Assembly (NCBI GenBank): GCA_035559995.1
Contig: DATMAM010000017.1
Coordinates: 13,889 to 77,888 of the forward strand
Origin: Candidatus Acidiferrales bacterium
GTDB lineage: Bacteria > Desulfobacterota > Binatia > UBA9968
Direction: 5' to 3'
Length of the DNA stretch: 64,000 nt
Positions 39,880 through 48,759 of the stretch are shown one piece after another. The position numbers and the translations under genes were made by a program. Below the pieces are notes generated by a model. The model saw only the letters and a list, made by a program, of their open reading frames with translations. It had not been told where the DNA came from and did not search any database. Numbering within the stretch: position 1 is the stretch's first letter; every line of letters begins with the position of its first letter.

Positions 39880-39918
39880 GCGCGCGGCCGCTCTGGCCTG
39901 GCGCGCTCCTTTCGAGTA
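39880..39918 (+). terminator. GC-rich hairpin between pilQ and aroC (attenuator or partial terminator)
   Basis: GCGCGCGGCC-gctct-GGCCtgGCGCGC, then UCCUUUCG. Stem of about 10 bp that is strong but with a poor U-tract, so read-through into aroC is likely. Confidence 0.3.
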
Positions 39919-39928
39919 AGATACAGCC

Positions 39929-41125
39929 ATGTTGCGTTACTTTACCGCCGGGGAGTCGCACGGCCCGTGCCTGACCGTGATCATTGACGGCGTCCCGGCC
40001 GGCTTTCCCATCGATATCGAGAAGATCAATCACGATCTCTGGCGCCGCCAGCAAGGCTACGGCCGGGGCGGGCGCATGCTCATCGAGAAAGACGAGGTCC
40101 AGGTCCGCTCCGGGATACGCTGGGGAGAGACGCTCGGCTCGCCGGTCGCTTTCGGAATCGAGAACAGGGACTGGAAGAACTGGACGAAGAAAATGTCGCC
40201 GTTCCCGGAAGACCGGGACGAAAGCATCGCGGTAACCAAGCCGCGGCCCGGCCACGCCGATTTGGCCGGCGTGTTCAAGTATCACCATTCCGACATCCGC
40301 AACGTCCTCGAGCGCGCGAGCGCGCGCGATACGGTGTCGCGCACGGCCGTGGGCTCCTTTTGCAAGCAGCTCCTTTCTCCGTTCGGCATCAGGGTGCTCG
40401 GCTACATCCGCTCGATCGGAGGGATCGAGGCCGCGATGGACGGCCTGTCCTACGAGGAGATTTTCGCACGCGCCGACCAGTCGCCGGTCAGGGTTGCCGA
40501 CCCAGAGGCGCAAGAAAAGATCATCGCCCAAATTGAGGACTGTAAAAAGAAGGGCGATACTTTGGGCGGCATCTTCGAGATCGTGGCGCTCGGCTTGCCA
40601 CCCGGACTCGGCAGCCACACGCAGTGGGACCGCAAGCTCGATGGCAGGCTTGCGCAGGCGCTCATGAGCGTCCAGGCCATCAAGGGGGTGGAAATTGGCC
40701 TGGGGTTTGAAATGGCGCGCCGGCGCGGGTCGGAAGTGCACGACGAGATATTTTTCGACCCGCAGAAGATGATTGCGGGACGAACGCCGCGGGTCGTCCC
40801 GACGGGGTTTTATCGCGGGAGCAACAACTCCGGGGGTACGGAAGGCGGGATGTCGAACGGCTCGCCTCTGGTTGTGCGCGTGGCGATGAAGCCGATCTCG
40901 ACCCTCATGAGCCCGCTCCAGTCGGTCGACATGCGCTCGAAGCAGGCCGCTGACGCTTCGGTCGAACGCTCCGACGTCTGTTCGGCGCCGGCCGCAGCCG
41001 TCGTCGGTGAGGCGGTCGTCGCTTTCGAGCTGGCTCGCGCCTTTCTCGAAAAATTCGGCGGCGACTCGCTCACCGAGATCCGGCGCAACTACGAGGGCTA
41101 TCTCGAGCAGATCAAAAACTTTTAG
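39929..41125 (+). CDS. aroC: Chorismate synthase
   Basis: 398 aa. MLRYFTAGESHGP N-terminus and other conserved chorismate synthase motifs. Confidence 0.95.
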   Translation: MLRYFTAGESHGPCLTVIIDGVPAGFPIDIEKINHDLWRRQQGYGRGGRMLIEKDEVQVRSGIRWGETLGSPVAFGIENRDWKNWTKKMSPFPEDRDESIAVTKPRPGHADLAGVFKYHHSDIRNVLERASARDTVSRTAVGSFCKQLLSPFGIRVLGYIRSIGGIEAAMDGLSYEEIFARADQSPVRVADPEAQEKIIAQIEDCKKKGDTLGGIFEIVALGLPPGLGSHTQWDRKLDGRLAQALMSVQAIKGVEIGLGFEMARRRGSEVHDEIFFDPQKMIAGRTPRVVPTGFYRGSNNSGGTEGGMSNGSPLVVRVAMKPISTLMSPLQSVDMRSKQAADASVERSDVCSAPAAAVVGEAVVAFELARAFLEKFGGDSLTEIRRNYEGYLEQIKNF

Positions 41126-41130
41126 CGACG

Positions 41131-41661
41131 TTGCGCTGGCGCCCCGACAGAAATATCGTTCTCACCGGTTTTATGGCCGTGGGCAAAAGCGCGGTCGGGA
41201 AACGACTCGCCGAGAAACTTAACCGCCCTTTCGTCGACCTGGATCTGGCGATCGAGCGGCGCGAACAAATGACCGTGCAGGAGATTTTTGCGACCAAGGG
41301 CGAGCCGCACTTCCGCAAGCTGGAAAAAGAGCTGTTGCGCGAGGCGCTCGCCGAGCACGGGCGCGTCGTCGCCACCGGCGGCGGGGCGGTTGCGGACGAA
41401 GAAAACCTGCTTCTGATAAAAAGGGATAGCCTCCTCGTTTGTCTCACGGCCGCGCCCGAAACGATCCTCGCCCGCGCGGAAGCCGAGGGTAACAAGCGGC
41501 CGCTGCTTGCCGGGACAGACAAGCTTCAAGCGATCAGGACAATGCTCTCGGCGCGGGAGGCCGCTTACCGGCAGGCGGATTTGACCGTGGACAGCGACCG
41601 GCGCTCGGTGGACGAGGTGGTGGAGGAAATCGTTCGAAGGATCGAAAAGATTGCATCCTAG
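41131..41661 (+). CDS. aroK: Shikimate kinase
   Basis: 176 aa with TTG start. Walker A GFMAVGKSAVGK and shikimate-binding region. Confidence 0.9.
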   Translation: MRWRPDRNIVLTGFMAVGKSAVGKRLAEKLNRPFVDLDLAIERREQMTVQEIFATKGEPHFRKLEKELLREALAEHGRVVATGGGAVADEENLLLIKRDSLLVCLTAAPETILARAEAEGNKRPLLAGTDKLQAIRTMLSAREAAYRQADLTVDSDRRSVDEVVEEIVRRIEKIAS

Positions 41662-41695
41662 CCGGCCACGCAGGCGGGATTTTGGGCGCAGCGCG

Positions 41696-42784
41696 ATGCG
41701 CACCCTGACGGTCAATCTTGATGCTCGCTCGTATCCGATCTCGATCGGCGCGGGGATGCTTTCTCGCGCCGGCGAGCTTCTCGCGCCGCTTGTGGCGGGA
41801 AAGAAGACAGCCGTCATTACGAATCCCACGGTGAGCAGGCTCTATCTCAAGCCGCTGCGGGATTCGCTGGCGGGCGCCGGCGCAAACGTCAGCGAAATCT
41901 CCATCCCGGACGGCGAGGAGCACAAAAACCTTGCCACGCTCGGGCGCGTTTACGATCAGCTTATCGAGAAAAGATTCGAGCGAGCTTGTGTCCTCGTGGC
42001 GCTCGGCGGCGGGGTCGTCGGAGACCTGGCGGGATTTGCGGCGGCAACCTTCCTGAGGGGCGTGCCGTATGTCCAGATCCCCACGACGCTCCTGGCTCAG
42101 GTAGACTCGAGCGTGGGCGGGAAAACGGGCATCAATCACCGGGAGGGTAAGAACCTAATCGGCGCCTTCTATCAACCGCGCGCCGTCCTCATCGATGTCG
42201 ACGTCCTGCGCACCTTGCCGCGGCGCGAGCTTGCCGCCGGCCTGGCGGAAGTGATGAAGTACGGGGTCATCATGGACCCGGCGCTCTTTGCGCTCCTCGA
42301 AGAGAAGCTCGAGCCAATCATGGCGCTGGATGAGGGGCTTCTCGTCGAGATGATCGGCGCGTCGTGCGCCGATAAGGCGCGGGTGGTGGAGAAAGACGAG
42401 ACGGAGGGCGATGAGCGCGCCGTGCTCAATTTCGGCCATACGGTCGGGCACGCGCTCGAGGCGGCGACGGATTACCGCCGGTTCTTGCACGGCGAGGCGG
42501 TGGCGATCGGCATGGTCCAGGCCGCGCGCATCTCGCGCCTTTTGGGTTTCTGCGACGACACCACGGTCGCTCGCGTGCGCCGGTTGATTCAGCGCGCGGG
42601 GCTACCCACGGAGCTCCCCCGCGAGCTTGATTTGAACCGGCTCGCGGAAAAGATCGAGCTCGACAAGAAATCGTCCGGCGCCCGGGTCAGGTTTGTCTGC
42701 TGCACCGGTATCGGCGCCACTCGTTTTCACAGCCTGGAGCCCAGCGAGATCGTGCGCCTGCTGTCGCGGCCTGAGACGGAGTGA
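41696..42784 (+). CDS. aroB: 3-dehydroquinate synthase
   Basis: Start taken at MRTLTVNLDARSYPISIG (ATG 41696). The track ORF begins 15 codons earlier and overlaps aroK. NAD-binding GGGVVGDLAGF and metal-binding His residues present. Confidence 0.92.
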   Translation: MRTLTVNLDARSYPISIGAGMLSRAGELLAPLVAGKKTAVITNPTVSRLYLKPLRDSLAGAGANVSEISIPDGEEHKNLATLGRVYDQLIEKRFERACVLVALGGGVVGDLAGFAAATFLRGVPYVQIPTTLLAQVDSSVGGKTGINHREGKNLIGAFYQPRAVLIDVDVLRTLPRRELAAGLAEVMKYGVIMDPALFALLEEKLEPIMALDEGLLVEMIGASCADKARVVEKDETEGDERAVLNFGHTVGHALEAATDYRRFLHGEAVAIGMVQAARISRLLGFCDDTTVARVRRLIQRAGLPTELPRELDLNRLAEKIELDKKSSGARVRFVCCTGIGATRFHSLEPSEIVRLLSRPETE

Positions 42785-42791
42785 CGCGGCG

Positions 42792-43250
42792 ATGGCCAAG
42801 CCCAACAAGCTTCTCGTCCTGCACGGCCCGAACCTGAACCTTTTGGGGAAGCGGCAGCCGGAGATTTACGGCCGCCTTACGCTCGAGGAGATCAATCGGG
42901 CGATCCGCGCGCTCGCCAAGGAGCTGCACATCGAGGTGGAGATTCGTCAATCCAACCACGAGGGAGAGCTGGTGACGTGGGTGCAGCAGGCGGCGGAAAG
43001 CTTTGGCGCGCTGGTCATCAACGCCGGCGCCTTCACTCACACGAGCATCGCTCTTCGAGACGCCCTGGTCGCGGCCGGCATTCCGGCGGTGGAAGTCCAC
43101 CTCTCGAACATCTATAAACGCGAAGACTTCCGCAGGCATTCGTTACTCGCCGAAGTCGTCGCCGGGCAAATTACCGGTTTCGGGGTAAACAGCTATCTCT
43201 TGGGAGTGCGCGCGGCCGCGGACTATCTTCTATCGGCCGCTAGTCGATAA
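42792..43250 (+). CDS. aroQ: Type II 3-dehydroquinate dehydratase
   Basis: Start taken at MAKPNKLLVLHGPNLNLLGKR (ATG 42792). This is the classic type II DHQase N-terminus. Confidence 0.9.
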   Translation: MAKPNKLLVLHGPNLNLLGKRQPEIYGRLTLEEINRAIRALAKELHIEVEIRQSNHEGELVTWVQQAAESFGALVINAGAFTHTSIALRDALVAAGIPAVEVHLSNIYKREDFRRHSLLAEVVAGQITGFGVNSYLLGVRAAADYLLSAASR

Positions 43251-44013
43251 AGAGCGCGCCCGTGTCGAAGTTTTTCTGCTTCATCTCCTGAATCAATTGA
43301 TCTCTCTCCCGCTCCAGACGCGCGATCCGACCGCGCAGCTCGCTGAGCTCTCTTTCCTGCTCCGAATAGGAAGGCGGCGGCGGATTGACGCTGGGCGGCG
43401 GCGCGCTCGGGTTGAGCTGGATTGTGTCCGGGCCCACGCCCGTGAACGGCGACGGGGTTTCAAGGCGCACGCCCCCGGCATCGGCGGGAACTCCGGACCG
43501 ATGCTGGACGTCGCGCAGGCGCGAAATGAGATCCTCCGTGCGCGCTTTCCTCGCCTCTTCGGTGTCGAGAATGGCGGGCTCCGCGCCCGGCCTGCCGCGG
43601 CTGAGGAGCAAGTAGCGATCGCGCGCCGCCCTGAGCTCGCGGGTGACTTGCTCCAACTTTTTCTGGTATTCCTTCTCCTCTTTGCCCTGCTCCTCTTTTA
43701 AAGAGGCCTGCTCCTTGCGCTCGCCTTCGGCTTTCTTGGTCTCGCGCAGCGGCTTTGTCTCGCCGGGCGAAGTCGAGGCCCCGTCCGCGACGCCTTCAGC
43801 GCTCCTCAGGATCGTTGCGATCTGGTCTCTCGGGATGGCGATCTCGCCCCCGAAGCTTAAAAATTTCACCATCCCGCCCTCCTCCCGGTAAGATTGGACC
43901 GTAAGGCGCCGGCCGTTTTTGAGGACGAGCGTATATTGAGCCCAAGAGAGATCAAACCAGGCGAGAAAGAAAACAAAGGCGCCAAGCGCGACGAGCTTAG
44001 CCGGTCTCGACAT
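43240..44013 (-). CDS. Membrane-anchored coiled-coil protein with poly-Pro tract. Function unknown
   Basis: Start taken at MSRPAKLVALGAFVFFLAWF (ATG 44013). Signal/TM helix, small beta domain, Lys/Glu-rich coiled coil, PPPSVNPPPPSY, and a C-terminal coiled coil. Overlaps the aroQ end convergently by 11 nt. Confidence 0.55.
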   Translation of the reverse strand: MSRPAKLVALGAFVFFLAWFDLSWAQYTLVLKNGRRLTVQSYREEGGMVKFLSFGGEIAIPRDQIATILRSAEGVADGASTSPGETKPLRETKKAEGERKEQASLKEEQGKEEKEYQKKLEQVTRELRAARDRYLLLSRGRPGAEPAILDTEEARKARTEDLISRLRDVQHRSGVPADAGGVRLETPSPFTGVGPDTIQLNPSAPPPSVNPPPPSYSEQERELSELRGRIARLERERDQLIQEMKQKNFDTGALFID

Positions 44014-44135
44014 CACAAGAACGCAGTATACATCGCCGCCGCCAAACGGGCAAAAGCGTGGAGCGGCAGGCAAACGCGGCCGGGCGCATTTACACCCATG
44101 GAGGTTCGTGTTAACGTTAGTTCGCTCGGAAGCTT

Positions 44136-45395
44136 ATGGCACGCGCGCTTCGCCAACTTACTTTGGTTCTTTCGCTCGTTTTATTTCCCGCGCTCGCCCG
44201 CGCACAGCCCAAACTCCAAATCACGTCGCCGAAAAGCGGCGCGCGCATTTCTCAGGAAAAACCCGTCGTGCTCGTAAGCGGCAAGGTCTCGACGCTCCCG
44301 GAGCGAAACCCCAACGTGGATATCCTCTTTGTTCTCGACACTTCCGCGAGCACGGCGCAGTACGCGGGCATCGACTTCAGCGACGCGTCCAGCCGGCTAC
44401 CGCCGGAACCGCGGCGATGGGCCAGGCCTCAGATCGGCATTTACGGCGGCGGCTTCGGCATCGGCGGCGGCCTGCCGCTCCACGATTTGCAGAGCTCGGT
44501 CCTCGCCGCGGAGGTCGCCGCCAGCCAGCGGCTTTTATCTCAGCTCAATTCTCAGACGACGCGTGTCGGGATCGTGACCTTCGCCGCGGACGCGCGCCTC
44601 GTCCAGCCGCTTACGCACGATTTTGACAGCGTCAAGCGCGCGCTCGACGACATTTTGGCGAACGGGCCGTACGGCGGCACCAACATGGCCGCAGCGGTGC
44701 GCCTCGGAGTGCGCGAGCTGGCCGGCCTCGGAGAGAGCCCGAAACGCGCCGACGCCGTCAAGGTACAGTTCTTTCTGACCGACGGTATTCCCACGTTGCC
44801 GATCGGGGGCTCCCGCAGGGCTGCGCCGGAGGACACCCAGCTCGCCGTCAACGCGGCGCGGATCGCGGGAAAGGCAGGCATTAAAATCTACGTGTTTGCT
44901 CTCGGCGACGAGGCGCTCTCCTACCCGGCGGCGGCCGTTGGCATCGCCCGGGAAAGCGGCGGGCTGTTTACTCCCGTCGTCCGACCGGCGGATATCCTCG
45001 CCGTTTTGGAAAAGATTTCCGTCGTCGGCATCGACCATGTTCAAATCATCAATGAAACGAACCGGCAAAAAGCTTCGCAGATGCGGCTTGCGGCCGATGG
45101 AAACTTCTCCGGCGCGGTCCCCGTCGTCGAAGGAAACAATCAAATCCAGGTGATCGCGCGCTCGAGCAGCGGGGCAGTCGTCCAGGATTCGATTGCGATC
45201 TACTACGAGCGGAGCCGCCAACAGTCGTTAGACCTGGAAGTGTTCTTGGAGCGCGAGAAGAGCCTGCAATTGCAGGTGGAGCGGTTGGGTAGGAGCCCGG
45301 AGGCTCTGCAAGGTGAAATCGAGCGCGCTCGCGACGAGAGCTTGCGCAAAGTTGAGCAGCCGCCGCCGCCCGCGCGCGAAGGGCCTCCCCGCTAA
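44136..45395 (+). CDS. Secreted von Willebrand factor A (VWA) domain protein
   Basis: Signal peptide (LVLSLVLFPALARA-QP). MIDAS motif DxSxS (ILFVLDTSAS) plus downstream T and D residues of the VWA fold. C-terminal coiled coil and PPPP tail. Confidence 0.8.
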   Translation: MARALRQLTLVLSLVLFPALARAQPKLQITSPKSGARISQEKPVVLVSGKVSTLPERNPNVDILFVLDTSASTAQYAGIDFSDASSRLPPEPRRWARPQIGIYGGGFGIGGGLPLHDLQSSVLAAEVAASQRLLSQLNSQTTRVGIVTFAADARLVQPLTHDFDSVKRALDDILANGPYGGTNMAAAVRLGVRELAGLGESPKRADAVKVQFFLTDGIPTLPIGGSRRAAPEDTQLAVNAARIAGKAGIKIYVFALGDEALSYPAAAVGIARESGGLFTPVVRPADILAVLEKISVVGIDHVQIINETNRQKASQMRLAADGNFSGAVPVVEGNNQIQVIARSSSGAVVQDSIAIYYERSRQQSLDLEVFLEREKSLQLQVERLGRSPEALQGEIERARDESLRKVEQPPPPAREGPPR

Positions 45396-45829
45396 CGCGA
45401 CGGCGCCGTTGCCCTTTTTTCCGCTTCTGCGGCGATCGCGATCTCGGAAGCCCCGGCCTGCTTGACGAGCGACAGCACCTTCACGACATCGCCGAGCGCA
45501 ACTTCCCGGTCGCCTCTCAGGATAACGATCTTTTCCGGCGCGCCGCCAAAGGCTTCGCTCAGCACGCGCGCCAGCTCGGGTTCGGCGACTCTCCTTTGGT
45601 TCACGAAAATTTCCCGCTTCGGCGTGAGCGTTACGACGACGCCTCTGGGTTCGGACTGCGTCTGCGCCGCTTTGGGGAGATTCACCTTGCCGCCGGACTC
45701 GACGATCGCCGAGCTTGTGATCATAAAAATAATGAGCAGCACGAGAAAGATATCCGTGAGCGGCGTGATGTTGATCTCGGCGACGATGTCGTCGCCGTTC
45801 TGGGAGCCGATTGGATTGAGCGCCATCAT
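45392..45829 (-). CDS. exbD: Biopolymer transport protein ExbD/TolR
   Basis: 145 aa. INITPLTDIFLVLLIIFMI TM and periplasmic ExbD fold. GAGGAG Shine-Dalgarno. Confidence 0.85.
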   Translation of the reverse strand: MMALNPIGSQNGDDIVAEINITPLTDIFLVLLIIFMITSSAIVESGGKVNLPKAAQTQSEPRGVVVTLTPKREIFVNQRRVAEPELARVLSEAFGGAPEKIVILRGDREVALGDVVKVLSLVKQAGASEIAIAAEAEKRATAPSR

Positions 45830-45920
45830 GAACTCCTCGCCCGCGTGCGCAGGCTTCAGCCCGACGAAACCCGAGTGGCGGAGGCTTTCTCCTCGACTTG
45901 CGCGGCTGAAGTCATGCCGG

Positions 45921-46544
45921 CTAGCCGCTTGCCAGCTTGAGGATTTTTCCCACCTGGATGCGGAAAAGCCCGTTCAAATGGTTGATCCGCGTCTGAAAGT
46001 AGTTGTAAAAAACAAGCGCGACGATCGCGACCCCCAGCCCCAGCGCCGTCGCGACCAGAGCCTCGGAAATTCCCGCCGCCACCACCGTAAATCCGCCGGT
46101 CCCGTGAACCGCCATGCTCTCAAAGGACTTGATGATGCCGACCACGGTCCCAAGCAAGCCGATAAACGGCGCGCTGCTTGCGACGGTTCCCAGCAGCCAA
46201 AGGTTTTTCTTGAGTTTCTGCGATTCTTCGAACATTGACTCGGCGGCGTAGAGGTTGAGCGCCTCCAAGTTATGGTTTCCGAGCTGCGCGATGACGCCCT
46301 GAAAGATTCTCGCCGCCGGGCATTCGGCGTTTTGCTTGCAGATCGCGATCGCCAGCTCTTTTTGCCCTTTGCGGATCGGATCTACGATGGCATCCGCGAG
46401 CCTTAAGGTCGCCGAGCCCACGTTTCTTAATACCCAAAGTCGTTCGATGACGACGGCCACACTGATCACCGACATGGCGATCAACGGATAGGTGGCGATC
46501 GCTCCTTTGTGAATGATGGTGATCAAGTCCAACCCTTGTTCCAT
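45921..46544 (-). CDS. exbB: MotA/TolQ/ExbB proton-channel protein
   Basis: Start taken at MEQGLDLITIIHKG (ATG 46544, GGAG 8 nt upstream). Three TM helices and a conserved C-terminal channel region. Confidence 0.85.
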   Translation of the reverse strand: MEQGLDLITIIHKGAIATYPLIAMSVISVAVVIERLWVLRNVGSATLRLADAIVDPIRKGQKELAIAICKQNAECPAARIFQGVIAQLGNHNLEALNLYAAESMFEESQKLKKNLWLLGTVASSAPFIGLLGTVVGIIKSFESMAVHGTGGFTVVAAGISEALVATALGLGVAIVALVFYNYFQTRINHLNGLFRIQVGKILKLASG

Positions 46545-46613
46545 GATGCTACTCCGCTTCCGTGCTGGCCACAGAGACACTAAGCTCGCTTGTGGGTGAT
46601 CTTGAGAAAAGAG

Positions 46614-47627
46614 CTACCCTCTCATTCGAACGGCGATCGTGAACCGAATGATGAGGGGCTCGCCCGCGAGATCCTTTAAGCTTTCCGGGATCGGCGGAAA
46701 AGGCGAGGCTTTTTTCATGGCTTCGAGCGCGCTCGCGTTGATCTTCGGATCGGTCGATTCCAACACCTCGGCTTGCGTCAACTTGCCGGCCCGATCGACG
46801 GTGAAGCGGACGCTCACTTTATGAACACCCGACGCGTCTTCTGGATATTTCCACACCGCGTAAACGCGTTTCTCTATCGTTTTGAGGTACGCGCCGTAAT
46901 CGGCGTTCGGCTTCCCCTTGATCCCGGAAGCGCTTCCCCCGCCGGCTCCCGTTCCCGTTCCCCCGCCTGCCGTTCCGGCTCCACCGCGAATCCCGCCCGC
47001 TACGCCGTAAGGACCGCTCCCGGAGCCGCTTCCCTTTAAGGCTCCCGGTATTTCGGCGCCCTCCTTGAGAGCATAAGCGCCGCCTCCGCCCGTGCTTTCC
47101 TTCGCCGCCACGCTGCCCGGCTGTTTCAATGCGCCGGCAACCGACGCCGGAAGGTGAGGCGCGGCGCTTTTTGTGGGAAGCTGTACCAGAGAATCGGCCG
47201 AGGCCTCGCTGGCGTCGATGCGCGGCGCGCGCGCCGGCGCATCGGCGATGGCCTTCGGCGCGGGCAGCGCCGGCTCGGGGGTCGGGCTCGAGCCGGCCAT
47301 TACCTCTTCGGGGGCGCTTTGCGCGGCTGGCGCCGTGGGCCTCGCTTGCGCCTGCCGCGGTGCCACGGGCGTACCCAGGCGAGGCAGCGTTCGCGGTCCT
47401 CCGGGGCCGCGTGCGGGACCGATACTTTTGTCGGAGGCGCCGGCGCCGAATTCGATCAGGCTGACCGGGATCGTGAGATCGGGCTTGCCAGCCTGAATCG
47501 ACCAGGCCAGGTGAGCGAGCGCGTAAAACACAACGGCGTGGAAGCCCAGCGAGACGAGCAGGAACGGACTGGCCAGGATCGATCCTAAGGCAAGATCACG
47601 CCGGCTATCGAACCTTTCCGCTGTCAT
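46614..47627 (-). CDS. tonB: TonB-family energy transducer (Pro-rich and Gly-rich linkers)
   Basis: N-terminal TM, Pro/Ala-rich region, long Gly-rich tract (GGGGAYALKEGAEIPGALKGSGSGSGPYGVAGGIRGGAGTAGGGTGTGAGGG) and C-terminal TonB_C domain (YPEDASGVHKVSVRFTVDRAGKL..). Confidence 0.75.
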   Translation of the reverse strand: MTAERFDSRRDLALGSILASPFLLVSLGFHAVVFYALAHLAWSIQAGKPDLTIPVSLIEFGAGASDKSIGPARGPGGPRTLPRLGTPVAPRQAQARPTAPAAQSAPEEVMAGSSPTPEPALPAPKAIADAPARAPRIDASEASADSLVQLPTKSAAPHLPASVAGALKQPGSVAAKESTGGGGAYALKEGAEIPGALKGSGSGSGPYGVAGGIRGGAGTAGGGTGTGAGGGSASGIKGKPNADYGAYLKTIEKRVYAVWKYPEDASGVHKVSVRFTVDRAGKLTQAEVLESTDPKINASALEAMKKASPFPPIPESLKDLAGEPLIIRFTIAVRMRG

Positions 47628-48759
47628 CTTTCACGAACTTACTATCCGGATTTCCCGGCGGAAAGGAAAGGCTTTGATCCTTCTGGGCGAGAAGCTCAAG
47701 CCCCGCCGCGCTTACATCGCGGCGCACGAGCTTTCCCGCATCGTAGTAAGACCACAAGTCGACCGCGCCGTCGCCGTTAAGGTCTTTCTCCTCTCGGACG
47801 AGGAGCTCGCCTGCGCCCGGATCGTAGTAGCTCCACGAGTCGAAGCGCCCGTCGCCATCGGTGTCGCGCTCCACCTTGGCCAGCTTGCCGTTTCGATACA
47901 GAACGCGGTAGCTTACCCTGCCGTCTCCACGCTCGTCGCGCTCTTCGCGCACCATCGCATCCCCGTCATAGACGTAGAACACATCGGGCATCGCATCGGC
48001 ATTGGTATCGACTTCGCGCCGCACGAGCTTCCCGTCTTTGAAACTCGACCACGTATCGACCCGACCGTCGCCGTCGGTATCTTCCTCCTGGCGGATCACC
48101 TCGCCGGGCTTTGCGGGATTATAGTAGACCCACAAATCCGGAATGCCGTCTTTGTTCATATCGCGCACTTCGACGTTTTTGAAACCAACCTGCTGGGGCA
48201 CGCTCGCGCGTTGCTGCTTCGGAAGCGAAGCTAAAGCCTCCTGGGCGCCCGGGGGATGTGCGTCGTTCTGTGAACTCCGGGGCGTTGCCTGAGGCGAGCC
48301 CGGATCCGACTTGAGCGCATCCCGCGGCGCTCCGGCGCTCGCCACCTGATTATCCAGTTGCCGCTGGTTTTCAAGTTCGCGCTCGATTTGCGCTTCGAGC
48401 TCCCGATCCTTTGCCTGTTCGGCTTGAACGCGCGCGTTCATCGCGGCCAAGTGCGAGTCCACCGTCAACAGGCCCGCGATAAGCCCGATCACGAGCCCCC
48501 CACCGGCGCCGTAGGGGCCGCCGATCGAGCCCCCCATGACGAAACCTTCCATCATTTTGTCCCACACGTACTGGCCGCGCTGGCCGCCGGTCGGCACAAC
48601 TGGCGGTGCCGCTGCCGCCGAGGGGCTTGCCGCCGGACCCGCCGCGCTGGAAGGAGAGGCTGGATTGGAGAGAGCGCCTCCTGGACCCGACGCCGAGAGG
48701 GGAGCACAGGCGGCGGCGAAGAGCATGCCTGCCGCCAGGGCGACTGGCACGGCTTTCAT
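47605..48759 (-). CDS. Exported (lipo)protein with coiled coil and about 7 tandem 24-aa DxDGDG/YY repeats (paralogue B)
   Basis: Start taken at MKAVPVALAAGMLFAAACAP (ATG 48759, GAGAGG Shine-Dalgarno, ATGA overlap with paralogue A). Gly-zipper hydrophobic segment, coiled coil, repeats (...YYDPGAGELLVREEKDLNGDGAVDLWS...). Stop overlaps the tonB start by 23 nt. Confidence 0.7.
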   Translation of the reverse strand: MKAVPVALAAGMLFAAACAPLSASGPGGALSNPASPSSAAGPAASPSAAAAPPVVPTGGQRGQYVWDKMMEGFVMGGSIGGPYGAGGGLVIGLIAGLLTVDSHLAAMNARVQAEQAKDRELEAQIERELENQRQLDNQVASAGAPRDALKSDPGSPQATPRSSQNDAHPPGAQEALASLPKQQRASVPQQVGFKNVEVRDMNKDGIPDLWVYYNPAKPGEVIRQEEDTDGDGRVDTWSSFKDGKLVRREVDTNADAMPDVFYVYDGDAMVREERDERGDGRVSYRVLYRNGKLAKVERDTDGDGRFDSWSYYDPGAGELLVREEKDLNGDGAVDLWSYYDAGKLVRRDVSAAGLELLAQKDQSLSFPPGNPDSKFVKDDSGKVR

